Shown in pieces: positions 1-8,943 of a stretch of DNA of 64,000 nt (position 1 is its first letter; each line of letters starts with the position of its first letter). The position numbers and the translations under genes are program-made. This stretch comes from an uncultured Aliarcobacter sp. (GTDB lineage: Bacteria; Campylobacterota; Campylobacteria; Campylobacterales; Arcobacteraceae). The notes beneath the pieces are model-generated. The model saw nothing but the letters and a program-made list of their open reading frames with translations, searched no databases and had not been told where the DNA came from. The stretch spans positions 288,001 through 352,000 of the forward strand of contig CAXXLV010000001.1 of assembly GCA_963664305.2 (NCBI GenBank). The letters run 5' to 3'.

Positions 1-458
1 TCTTCAAATTCAAAAGCTGAAAAATCAAATTTATCTTCAAATTTAAAAAGAGGTTCTAATATCTCTTCAATCTCTTTTTTTTGTTGTTCTTCATCATACA
101 AAACTTTTGATGTTTTTATTAGTTTATTCTCTTTAAAATATTCAGTATTAAATCCAATAGCAACACCATATCCATCATTTGCATAGGCTCTCCATTGACT
201 TAATAAATCTTCACCTTTTGAAAAAGAAGCGATATAAACATTTGGTTGTTTTTTTTCATATAATTTTAAAAATGTATTAAACTTTTCATAATTATTTTTT
301 GTTGTTAATTCTTGAATTCTTTTTAAAACTTTTTCTTTAATCCAATGAATTTCTTTATAGTCATTTAAATTATAAACTGAACTAAGCCATAAAGTTTTAT
401 TTTGTATTATTGCTTTAAAAGCATCAACATTACAATAATGATACATGATGTTTCCCAT
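1..458 (-). CDS. DUF2971-like protein, 5' part (runs off the left edge; not in ORF track)
   Basis: Manual translation from ATG at 458 with AGGAG RBS: MGNIMYHYCNVDAFKAIIQNKTLWLS...LNDYKE...YIASFS...DLLSQWRAYANDGYGVAIGF, matching the DUF2971 pattern (YHY...ND..E...QWRAY...G.AIGF). Confidence 0.75.
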   Translation of the reverse strand, partial: MGNIMYHYCNVDAFKAIIQNKTLWLSSVYNLNDYKEIHWIKEKVLKRIQELTTKNNYEKFNTFLKLYEKKQPNVYIASFSKGEDLLSQWRAYANDGYGVAIGFNTEYFKENKLIKTSKVLYDEEQQKKEIEEILEPLFKFEDKFDFSAFEFE

Positions 459-483
459 GATAATCTCCTGTAATTTTAATAAC

Positions 484-930
484 TTATTTCTCTTTATAAA
501 TCCCTGCACCTATTAGTTGATTTTCGCCAATACCAATAACAAAAGATGTCTTTAATGTTTGTTCATCTTTTGTAGGATGATCCCAAACATAATCAACCCA
601 ACCTGAACCATCAGATTTTACTTTATCTATGAAATTTTTAAATAATTGATTTCCAGCTTTATCTTTATATTTGTAAAGATTTTTTCCTTTTAAAGGTTTT
701 TTAGGATGAGCAGTAATAACTCCATCAAAATCATTTGCCCAAATGTATAAATCACCATTTACAAATTCACTTTCAGGTTTATTAAATTCTTCAACACAAG
801 CTGTTACACCAACTTTTTTGCAAAATTCTAAACCTTTCATAACAAGTGCTTTTGCTTCATCTTGTGTACTTGCATTTGCAAATGAAGAACATAATATAAT
901 TAAAGTGGCTAATTTAAATATTTTATTCAT
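484..930 (-). CDS. Secreted stand-alone single Cache-domain protein
   Basis: Signal peptide (…SSFANA), then sCache motifs GDLYIW, AHP, KD..GNQLF, GSGWVDYVW.HP, IGAGIY. Confidence 0.8.
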   Translation of the reverse strand: MNKIFKLATLIILCSSFANASTQDEAKALVMKGLEFCKKVGVTACVEEFNKPESEFVNGDLYIWANDFDGVITAHPKKPLKGKNLYKYKDKAGNQLFKNFIDKVKSDGSGWVDYVWDHPTKDEQTLKTSFVIGIGENQLIGAGIYKEK

Positions 931-1003
931 AACTTTTCCTTAGTTATTTTATAAATCTTTACGATTAATTAATAAATTCTATTCTACCTTAAAATCTAAA
1001 AAA

Positions 1004-1657
1004 CTATATGTTTATTTCTAATTTTTTAGATTCTAACTTATAAATTGTGGGAGTTAATTGTTGAATAAATGATTTATGATGAGAGATTATTACCATAGAT
1101 TTTTTTATTGAATTTAAAATATTTATAATTCTTTTTTCAGAATTTTCATCTAAGGCATTTGTTGGTTCATCTAAAAGTAAAATTTTTGGTTTAGTTATCA
1201 AAATACCAGCAAGTGCAACAATTTTTTGTTCACCACCACTTAATTCATAAATTATTCTATCTTTTAAGTGTGATATTTCTAACTCTTCTAGCATTTCTAA
1301 AGCTTTTAGATAAGCCTCTTCTTTTTTTGTTCCTGTAGTTCTTAAACTAAACATTACATCTTCAATAACAGTTGCAGATAAAAAGAAACTGCTAATATCT
1401 TGAGGTAAATATCCAACTTCAAAACGAAAATTTCTATAATCTTTTTTATTTTTAATCAAATTATGAAAAAGATATAACTCCCCAGAATAAGACTCGTCAA
1501 GTCCTGCGATTATTCTAAGAAGTGAACTTTTACCAACACCATTTGAGCCAATAATTGCAACTTTTTCTTCATGTCCTACACTTAGATTTATATTTTCAAA
1601 TAAAAGATTACTTCCATTTGAATATGAAACATTTTTTAATGTTATAGAACAACTCAT
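1004..1657 (-). CDS. cbiO: ECF Ni/Co transporter ATPase (CbiO/NikO-like)
   Basis: Walker A GSNGVGKS, LSGGEQ signature, LLLDEPT; in operon with cbiQ/cbiM. Confidence 0.85.
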   Translation of the reverse strand: MSCSITLKNVSYSNGSNLLFENINLSVGHEEKVAIIGSNGVGKSSLLRIIAGLDESYSGELYLFHNLIKNKKDYRNFRFEVGYLPQDISSFFLSATVIEDVMFSLRTTGTKKEEAYLKALEMLEELEISHLKDRIIYELSGGEQKIVALAGILITKPKILLLDEPTNALDENSEKRIINILNSIKKSMVIISHHKSFIQQLTPTIYKLESKKLEINI

Positions 1658-2301
1658 GCAAAAACCTTCAAAATAAATGTTATTAAAACTGTAATTATTA
1701 GATAAAAATCAAATTTATTTAGATTAAAACTATCACTTAAATAAATCTCTCCATTAAAACCTCTTAATTCAAAACTATCTTTTAAATTTTGTGCTTTTTG
1801 GATTGATTTTACAAATAATAAACCTAAAATATTACCATAGGTTTGATAGATTAAAAGATTTGTTTTACTATGAAAACTTCTTGTTACTAGTGTAGTTTTT
1901 ATATTTTTAAAATCATCTTGCAACTCAACTATCATTTTCCAAGTAAAATAAAACGTTGAAACAAATCTACTTGAGAATTTTAATAGATAAAATCCTCTTA
2001 CAATATCCAAACCTTTTGAATTAAAAAAAAGCAACAGATTAAAAAATATAATCATATTAGTTCTTACATAGATATTTAAAGCTTCAACTAAACTATTTTG
2101 AATCCAAACAAATACAAATATTGCAAATATAAAAAGGTTTAGAAATAGTAGTTTTTTTAATACTTTAAGAAGATTATCAAAATTCACAATAATCAAAAAA
2201 ATTAAAGGAATTAAAAAATAAAACTCAAAAGTAGAAAAACTCAAAATCAAACTATAAACAAATGCACAAATAAGTGAAATTGCAGGATTAAAACTTATCA
2301 A
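1654..2301 (-). CDS. cbiQ: ECF transmembrane component (CbiQ/NikQ-like)
   Basis: Hydrophobic protein with C-terminal ELRGF motif; 4-bp overlap with the ATPase gene. Confidence 0.8.
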   Translation of the reverse strand: MISFNPAISLICAFVYSLILSFSTFEFYFLIPLIFLIIVNFDNLLKVLKKLLFLNLFIFAIFVFVWIQNSLVEALNIYVRTNMIIFFNLLLFFNSKGLDIVRGFYLLKFSSRFVSTFYFTWKMIVELQDDFKNIKTTLVTRSFHSKTNLLIYQTYGNILGLLFVKSIQKAQNLKDSFELRGFNGEIYLSDSFNLNKFDFYLIITVLITFILKVFA

Positions 2302-2786
2302 TTTTTCACTCTTTTTAGAACCATAAAAATCAAAGCAATGATAATTAATCCAAATATAACTTTAAATATTTCAAAATAATCAAGCTGTTCTTCTAAAACT
2401 TTTATTTTATTCTCTAAATCTCTATTTTTTTCTTTAAGTTTTTTTAGTTCTTCACTTTCACTACTTTTATCTTCAGTAATTTCATTTTTTGCTACTATAG
2501 TTTCTTTTATCTCTTTTGTAACTATATGACCTGCGCCTGCATCAACCAATACAATTAACTCTTTTTGATTTGTTTTAAAATTATATTCACCATTTGAATC
2601 TAAACTATCACTTAATAAAATATTGTTTTTTTTATCTTTTATTTCAACTTTACAATTCATACATGGTTTTGCATTTGCAAAATATGAACTTATAAAAAGA
2701 TTTTCATTTTCAAAATCCGTAAAAAGATTTATTTTGTGTGCAAATAAAAATATTGGTAAAATTAAAAAAATCAAATATCTCAACAT
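2298..2786 (-). CDS. NikL/CbiL-like accessory membrane-anchored protein
   Basis: Signal peptide ending AHKINLF, DAGAGH motif, coiled coil, C-terminal TM helix; between cbiM and cbiQ. Confidence 0.65.
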   Translation of the reverse strand: MLRYLIFLILPIFLFAHKINLFTDFENENLFISSYFANAKPCMNCKVEIKDKKNNILLSDSLDSNGEYNFKTNQKELIVLVDAGAGHIVTKEIKETIVAKNEITEDKSSESEELKKLKEKNRDLENKIKVLEEQLDYFEIFKVIFGLIIIALIFMVLKRVKN

Positions 2787-3385
2787 AAACTAGTATCCTT
2801 TAAAAGAGTAGGCATTACTTTTTTTATATAAAGTAATAAGAAAAGAGTTATTATACCTTCTAAAATCATTGTTGGAATATTTACAGCGATTACAGAATAT
2901 CCAACTGCTAAATATTCTTCTTTTGATAAAACTAAAATTATAAATAAAAAAACTGATGAAATAAAAACACCAATAAATCCAACTAAAAAAAATCTAATTT
3001 TTTCATTTATCTTTTTCATAATATTTAATTTAAAGATTAAATATACCATATATGCTGGCATTGCCATAATTATTATATTTGCACCAAGTGAAGTTAGCCC
3101 ACCAAAACCTAAAAGTAAAGCTTGTAATATTAAAGCAATTGATATAGATAAAAAAGCTAAATTTCCTAAAAAAATTCCTATAAATCCAAGTAACATCAAA
3201 TGAATTTGTGTAGGACCAAAAGGTATATGAATAAATGAAGTTACAAAAAATAGAGCACTCAAAGCTGCTACTAAAGCTATTTTTTCATTTGATAATTTTT
3301 TTAATGCATAAGCACAAAATAAAGTAGCTACAACACCTGTTGTTATAGCTACTTCAACACTAATTATTCCATCTGAAATATGCAT
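2780..3385 (-). CDS. cbiM: ECF substrate-binding component CbiM/NikM
   Basis: Conserved N-terminus MHISDG; IHIP.GPT..H and LQALL.GFGGLT.LGAN motifs. Confidence 0.9.
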   Translation of the reverse strand: MHISDGIISVEVAITTGVVATLFCAYALKKLSNEKIALVAALSALFFVTSFIHIPFGPTQIHLMLLGFIGIFLGNLAFLSISIALILQALLLGFGGLTSLGANIIIMAMPAYMVYLIFKLNIMKKINEKIRFFLVGFIGVFISSVFLFIILVLSKEEYLAVGYSVIAVNIPTMILEGIITLFLLLYIKKVMPTLLKDTSLC

Positions 3386-3393
3386 AAATTATC

Positions 3394-4116
3394 CTAATAA
3401 GCTTTTATCCAAAGTAAAGCACCATTTTCAATAGGATATTTTTTACCTTCAAACTCTTTTTCACCCTCTTCTATTAAAGCTGCAAATCCCCACCAACCTT
3501 TGTGATTCATTACAAAAGAAAAAACTCCATTGTCATCAGTTTTTACTACTTGTGTAATATGTGCATCTGTTGGAGCTTTTAAACCAAATTCATTATAAAG
3601 TTCAACTTCAACTTCTACATTTGAAGCAGGTTTTCCATTATGTAAAACTTTCCCTTGAAAAATATTTCCAGAATATAAACCAAAAGGTTTTACCATTGGT
3701 ATAATCTCATATTTTAATCCAAGAGGCGTATCCCAACCATCTTCTATTCCAAAAGCACTTACAATTAATTTTGGTACATGAGAAATAAATTTTTCTTCAG
3801 CTGGTTCAAAATATGGTTGTGGCTCTGTAAAAAATTTATAAATACCAGGTTTTTTGATTTGATAATTTGTACTCCAAGCTTTATGCTCTAATTTTTTTGT
3901 TTCAACTAAAGGTAAAACATTTTCTTTTGATTCTAAAAATATACCAATTGGTTTTTCCATTGTCATTCCAGTTTGTTCAAATGGATGAATAAACATAACA
4001 TCAATTTTTAAATTTGAATCTTTTTTTTCATTAATATAATCACTGCTAGGAATTGATGTTAAAAAATGTGCATTTGCAAATATTCCCATAATTAAAATCA
4101 TAAAACTTTTTTTCAT
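3394..4116 (-). CDS. DUF4198 / NikK-like periplasmic metal-uptake protein
   Basis: Signal peptide ending ANAH, F.HPFE, PYFEPAEE, GWWGFAAL; first gene of the ECF operon. Confidence 0.75.
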   Translation of the reverse strand: MKKSFMILIMGIFANAHFLTSIPSSDYINEKKDSNLKIDVMFIHPFEQTGMTMEKPIGIFLESKENVLPLVETKKLEHKAWSTNYQIKKPGIYKFFTEPQPYFEPAEEKFISHVPKLIVSAFGIEDGWDTPLGLKYEIIPMVKPFGLYSGNIFQGKVLHNGKPASNVEVEVELYNEFGLKAPTDAHITQVVKTDDNGVFSFVMNHKGWWGFAALIEEGEKEFEGKKYPIENGALLWIKAY

Positions 4117-4210
4117 TAAATTTCCTTGTCTAAAATTCTAGTAGGATTATATTTATATGCTAGTTACATAAAAATAAATTACTATAATTCTTATATACTT
4201 TTAGAACAAA

Positions 4211-4327
4211 ATATATTTATATATAGAACTATATATTATTTTTATATAAGTTATATATTTTATATAAATAAATATTTTGTTATAATTTCAATCTATAAAA
4301 TATAATATTATATATTTATATATAGAA
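4211..4327 (+). repeat. 18-bp direct repeat ATATATTTATATATAGAA upstream of parA
   Basis: Exact copies at 4211-4228 and 4310-4327 in an almost pure-AT intergenic tract; low complexity weakens the signal. Confidence 0.4.
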
Positions 4328-4343
4328 ATAATTAAGGAAATGC

Positions 4344-4940
4344 ATGTCTTACGTTGTTTATAGTATTAAAGGTGGTGTTGGAAAAACAACATTATCTGTT
4401 CAAATCTCTCAAATGTTAGAATTTACATATGTAACAAATGACTCCCACTCATCAGCTCACAACCTAATGCCTGAAGAAAAAGGGTTTTTAGTTTCAAGTG
4501 AAGAGTATGAAGAAATCCCATTTGATGAAAATGTAGTTTATGATTTTGGTGGATTTAAAGATAAAAGAATAAATGAAGTAATAAAACAAGTTAATAAAGT
4601 AATCATTCCTACATTAACATCAATTGTTGATGTACAAGCAACACTTGCAACACTAAAAGATGTTATGGAAATAAATAAAAATATCATTATTGTAGTTAAT
4701 AGAACAAAAAACAATAACAAAGCCACTGAACTAAAAGAGTATTTAGAAGAAGAACTAAAAAAACTTTATGGAAAAGTTGAAATTCCTATAATATTTGTAA
4801 GGGAATCATCTATTTTAGAAGACTCTTTATTTGATTGTGAATATGTAGAAAACAAAGCTGGAAATAATAGATTTAAAAGACATATTTATAGAAATGCAAT
4901 AGAAGATATGATTAATCTAAAAAACGTTTTAAAGGCTTAA
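4344..4940 (+). CDS. parA: Small ParA-family ATPase (type Ib-like)
   Basis: Deviant Walker A KGGVGKTT at the N-terminus, VVYDFGG Walker B region, VIIPT; 198 aa with no N-terminal HTH. Confidence 0.75.
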   Translation: MSYVVYSIKGGVGKTTLSVQISQMLEFTYVTNDSHSSAHNLMPEEKGFLVSSEEYEEIPFDENVVYDFGGFKDKRINEVIKQVNKVIIPTLTSIVDVQATLATLKDVMEINKNIIIVVNRTKNNNKATELKEYLEEELKKLYGKVEIPIIFVRESSILEDSLFDCEYVENKAGNNRFKRHIYRNAIEDMINLKNVLKA

Positions 4941-4941
4941 A

Positions 4942-5214
4942 ATGGGATATGCAGATAAATTAAAACTAAATTCATCTAAAATCAAAACTGATGAAAAAGT
5001 TTTAGAAGAAAAAATCTCAAAAAAGAAAATAGCAGGACGACCTAAAAAAGCTGTTGAGGAAGTAAGAAATACAGCTATTCCTGTTGCACTTAATCAAAAA
5101 GAAAAAGATTGGATTGAAGAACAAGCTTTAAAAATGTCAAAAGAAGTAGGAGTAAAAATCACTACTTCTGCTTGGATGAGAATGACTTTGTTAAAAGATA
5201 TGCCAGATAATTAA
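4942..5214 (+). CDS. Small ParA partner, putative ribbon-helix-helix DNA-binding protein
   Basis: 1 bp after the parA stop; flexible basic N-terminus (AGRPKK) and C-terminal beta-alpha-alpha pattern AIPVAL...WIEEQA...TTSAWMRMTL. Confidence 0.55.
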   Translation: MGYADKLKLNSSKIKTDEKVLEEKISKKKIAGRPKKAVEEVRNTAIPVALNQKEKDWIEEQALKMSKEVGVKITTSAWMRMTLLKDMPDN

Positions 5215-5597
5215 ACTTCAATATAATTTGATAGTTCAATTAGGTTCATATCAGGGTCACGTAGATAAATGGATTCAATTTTTCCATTTGCACCTGTTCT
5301 ATTAACAATTCCTTTTTCTATTTTTATACCTATTGATTCTAAATATTTTTTTACTTCACTAAGTTTTGAATCAATAATAAAACATAAATCTGCACTCCCC
5401 TCTTTTACATTAAAAGCTTTAGGCTCAAATTCATTTCCTAATTTATGTAAATTTATTTTTTGATTTCCAAATTTTAAAGCAACTCTATTTTCACCAAAAA
5501 TCTCTTTTTTCATTCCAAGTTTTTCATAAAATTCAACAGTTTTATTTATATCTTTTACAGTCAAAACCAAATGGTCAATATTTGTTATTTTAAACAT
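5211..5597 (-). CDS. VOC/glyoxalase family protein (YaeR-like)
   Basis: IDHLVLTV, QKINLH, GSADLCF, SIYLRDPD.NLIE. Confidence 0.85.
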   Translation of the reverse strand: MFKITNIDHLVLTVKDINKTVEFYEKLGMKKEIFGENRVALKFGNQKINLHKLGNEFEPKAFNVKEGSADLCFIIDSKLSEVKKYLESIGIKIEKGIVNRTGANGKIESIYLRDPDMNLIELSNYIEV

Positions 5598-5607
5598 CTT
5601 ATTCCTT

Positions 5608-6744
5608 TTAAAAAATTCTTCTTCTTTTTACAATTAAAAGCATAATCATAAATAAAATAGCACAAAACATATATATAACAACATTCCATCCAAATTTTTC
5701 ATATATAATTGAAGGAATATAAGAACCCATTGCTCCACCTAAATAATAAAAAGTAAGATACATTCCTGATGTTAAAGATTTTTGTGAAGATTTCATAGAA
5801 TTAGCTAATCCTGTACTTACAGTATGAACAGTAAACATTCCTAAACAAAATAAAAATAACAACATAAACATTGTAATAATATTTGGAACAGTTAAAAATA
5901 TAGTTATAAATAAAAAGAATATCAAACCAACTAAAATAGTGTTTATTTCATTTCTAAAATATTTGATAATCTTTTTTGAATTTAAAGAGACTAAAATTCC
6001 CATTCCATATCCCAAATAAAGTAAAGATATTTGAAACTCTGAAGTCTCTGAAGAGATATCTTTTACCCTAAATGGTAATACATTTAAAACTCCTGCAAAA
6101 ACGAAAAATACACAAAACATCAATAAATATATAGTTGAAAATCTTTTATCTTTTAAAATTGATAATACATCACTTATTTTAGGTTTTACAATTGTAGCTT
6201 CACCCTCATAAGATAATTTATTTACAAAATAAATTGAGATTAAAATAGCAAGAGATAAAGAATAAAATACATATTGATAAGAAAAATTAGTTGCTATAAA
6301 TCCTGAAAAAATTCTTCCTACTAAACCACCAAAAACTGTAGCTGCAACATAAATCGACATATTAAATTTAACATTCTCTTTATCGATATTTGCCAAAATA
6401 CTCATAAGTGAAGTAAGAATTGCTGGAACAACTAAGGCTTCAATTGTTCTAAAAAATAAAAACCATTCATAATTAGTAGATAATCCTAAAAAGATATTCG
6501 TAACAAATAAAACTATTGAAGAGTTTATTAACATCTTTTTAGCATTTACTTTTTCTAATAAATATCCATAAATTATTGGTGAGATTGCTAAAAATAGCAT
6601 GATAATTGCCGTAAATTGCGAAGCTTTTGTAATAGAGACATTAAATTGACGAGCAAGAAGTGGTTGTAATGGTTGAGTTGCATACATCACAGATAAAACA
6701 ATGATAATACAATAAACAATAATAAATAAATCAAATTTTTTCAT
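5608..6744 (-). CDS. MFS transporter (YnfM-like)
   Basis: About 12 TM segments; MYATQPLQPLL and YLTFYYLGG motifs. Confidence 0.8.
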   Translation of the reverse strand: MKKFDLFIIVYCIIIVLSVMYATQPLQPLLARQFNVSITKASQFTAIIMLFLAISPIIYGYLLEKVNAKKMLINSSIVLFVTNIFLGLSTNYEWFLFFRTIEALVVPAILTSLMSILANIDKENVKFNMSIYVAATVFGGLVGRIFSGFIATNFSYQYVFYSLSLAILISIYFVNKLSYEGEATIVKPKISDVLSILKDKRFSTIYLLMFCVFFVFAGVLNVLPFRVKDISSETSEFQISLLYLGYGMGILVSLNSKKIIKYFRNEINTILVGLIFFLFITIFLTVPNIITMFMLLFLFCLGMFTVHTVSTGLANSMKSSQKSLTSGMYLTFYYLGGAMGSYIPSIIYEKFGWNVVIYMFCAILFMIMLLIVKRRRIF

Positions 6745-6754
6745 TTTTTCTCTT

Positions 6755-7582
6755 TTAAATTTTTATATTAATTAAATAATCACTAATTTCAGGGATATTA
6801 TCTTTTTTACAAATCAAACATGTAGAAAAATTTGTATTAGTTGAATCAACTTTTGTCATTTTCAATTTATTTTCATATCCATATTTTTTTATTAGATTAA
6901 GTGGAAGTATTGATTTTCCCATTCCTAATTCAACACAAGCTAAAATTGTTTCATAATTTTCAATAATCACTGTTTCAAAACTGTTATTTCCAGTACTTCT
7001 TAGAAAAGCAGCTAAATATTTATAATAAACACAAGAATTTATATATGTAAACACACAATTTTGACTATTATCATCAAGTGACTCAACAATATAAAGTTCT
7101 TCTTCATACTCTTTTAATATCAATATATCTTTATGTTCAGGCTTACCACAAACAAAAGCTATATCAATTTCATAATTAATAATTGCATCAATGATTGATA
7201 ATGAAGTATTTGTGTAGAGTTCAACTTTCATATTTGGAAAATCTTTTTTTAGATTTGAAATAAAAGGTACCAATCTAATTGGAGCATTTGCTTGGGTTGA
7301 AGATATTTTTATTATTTCTTTTTTATTTGAGTCATTCATTTTAAGAAGAGTTTTCTCAATCTTATGAATAATTTCTAGAGCATTTGGATAAAGTTTTTCA
7401 CCCTCATAAGTAAGTTTAACTCCTTTTGAGAGCCTATAAAACAGAGGATAACCTAAATTTTTTTCTAATTGTTTTATTCTTGATGTCACATTTGACTGAG
7501 CACAATCAAGTTCAATTGCAGCTTGAGAAAAACTATTATTTTTAACAACAGAAACAAAAACTTTTAATAAATTTGAATCCAT
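6755..7582 (-). CDS. LysR family transcriptional regulator
   Basis: N-terminal HTH SFSQAA.EL..AQSNVTSRIKQLE..LG..LF.R. Confidence 0.9.
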   Translation of the reverse strand: MDSNLLKVFVSVVKNNSFSQAAIELDCAQSNVTSRIKQLEKNLGYPLFYRLSKGVKLTYEGEKLYPNALEIIHKIEKTLLKMNDSNKKEIIKISSTQANAPIRLVPFISNLKKDFPNMKVELYTNTSLSIIDAIINYEIDIAFVCGKPEHKDILILKEYEEELYIVESLDDNSQNCVFTYINSCVYYKYLAAFLRSTGNNSFETVIIENYETILACVELGMGKSILPLNLIKKYGYENKLKMTKVDSTNTNFSTCLICKKDNIPEISDYLINIKI

Positions 7583-7768
7583 GATATTTCCTATTATAAT
7601 TAATAGTTATTAGTTATCAATTTTTAATAACTATAAGTGATAATTTATAACAATAAAAATAACAAAATGGTTAAATGTTTTTTAATGAAGTATTGTTTTT
7701 TTGATATATTGATTTTTAGTAACAAGATATTAAATATATCAATAATATTATGTTCTATTTTAATAAAA

Positions 7769-7801
7769 TACGATTTTTATGCGATTATTTTTTTATATTA
7801 T
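7769..7801 (+). promoter_or_regulatory. Tandem box 1 (TACGATT-TTTA-TGCGATT) plus -10-like TATTAT, upstream of the pheA paralogue
   Basis: Box at 7769-7786 (one mismatch in the first half), 9-bp spacer, hexamer at 7796-7801. Confidence 0.7.
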
Positions 7802-7834
7802 AGTTAATAACTAGAATGTAAAAAGGATTAATTT

Positions 7835-8845
7835 ATGAATAACAAAGAAATAAACAAAATTAAAGAAATTGAAGAAATCGATAAAACAATATTAAAACTT
7901 TTTACGAAAAGAAATAAAATAATAAAAAACTCTTCTGATTTAAATTTTTCATCTTATGATAAAAAACTCATAGAGAAAATTAGAGATGATAATTTTCTTA
8001 AATTATTAGAAATATCACCAAAACCTTTAGATGAAGAAAATGAAAAAATAGTTTATTTAGGGCCAGAAGGAAGTTATACTCAAGAAGCAGCTATTAATAA
8101 ATTTGGGATAGATAATAATTATTATTCTGTAAATTCTATAAAAAATATTTTTTATGAAGTAAGTGAAAATAGAGCTAAATATGGAATTGTTCCTATTGAA
8201 AATAGTTCAAATGGAATGGTTGGAGATACAATAAATTCATTTAATACTTATAATTTAAATATCATAGGTGAAACTGTTATTGATATTCATCATACACTTG
8301 TTAGCAATTGCAAAAAAATTGAAGATATTAAAATAATTTATTCAAAAGATATTGCTTTTGACCAATGTTCAATTTTTTTAGAGAACTATCATCTAAATGA
8401 AGTACAATATGAATATGTTGATTCAACAACAAAAGCAGCAAAATTAGCTTCTCAAACACCTAATAGCGCAGCAATATGTTCTAATCTTGCAGCAAAAACA
8501 AATAATATTCCTATTTTATTTAGTAATATTGAAGATAATAAAGATAACAAAACTAGATTTTTTGTCATAAGTAAACAAATTACAAAAAAAACAGAAAATG
8601 ATAAAACTTCTATAATAGTTCAATTACCAAATAAATACGGATGTTTAATTGACTTTTTAAATGATTTTAAAGAACATAAAATAAATCTAAATAAAATAAA
8701 ATCCCACATCGTAAAAGGTATTTCAACTTTTTTTATAGAATTTGATGGGCATAAAAATGATTCAAATATAAAAAAAGTTTTAAATAAACACAAAAAGAAC
8801 ATAAAAGTTTTAGGTTCTTATAAAAAAGAAATTGAAGATATTTAA
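7835..8845 (+). CDS. pheA: Prephenate dehydratase (PheA-like) with a shortened, degenerate chorismate mutase domain
   Basis: YLGPEGSYT, GIVPIENS, NKTRF catalytic motif, C-terminal ACT domain ending VLGSY. Confidence 0.8.
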   Translation: MNNKEINKIKEIEEIDKTILKLFTKRNKIIKNSSDLNFSSYDKKLIEKIRDDNFLKLLEISPKPLDEENEKIVYLGPEGSYTQEAAINKFGIDNNYYSVNSIKNIFYEVSENRAKYGIVPIENSSNGMVGDTINSFNTYNLNIIGETVIDIHHTLVSNCKKIEDIKIIYSKDIAFDQCSIFLENYHLNEVQYEYVDSTTKAAKLASQTPNSAAICSNLAAKTNNIPILFSNIEDNKDNKTRFFVISKQITKKTENDKTSIIVQLPNKYGCLIDFLNDFKEHKINLNKIKSHIVKGISTFFIEFDGHKNDSNIKKVLNKHKKNIKVLGSYKKEIEDI

Positions 8846-8848
8846 GCC

Positions 8849-8881
8849 TGCGATAAATTTGCGATTGAATTTCTATAATCT
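8849..8881 (+). promoter_or_regulatory. Tandem box 2 (TGCGATA-AATT-TGCGATT) plus -10 region, upstream of the porin
   Basis: Box at 8849-8866; TATAAT at 8874-8879 overlaps TAATCT at 8876-8881 (9-bp spacer). Confidence 0.8.
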
Positions 8882-8943
8882 TCTCCTTCATAGTTCTAAT
8901 TTTTTAGAATTATATTACTGTAAGGAATAAGGAGAGAATAAGT

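Noticed and set aside
950..975. TACGATT near the Cache gene promoter as a regulon box
   Set aside because: Single degenerate half-site in the wrong orientation for the gene.
5211..5597. VOC protein as a second extradiol dioxygenase
   Set aside because: A single-domain 128-aa YaeR-like glyoxalase family protein, common outside aromatic clusters, with no box upstream.
6755..7582. LysR gene divergent from pheA as the regulator recognising the tandem box
   Set aside because: LysR sites are T-N11-A dyads rather than 11-bp-period direct repeats, and this gene is co-oriented with its own MFS/VOC genes. Not formally excluded.
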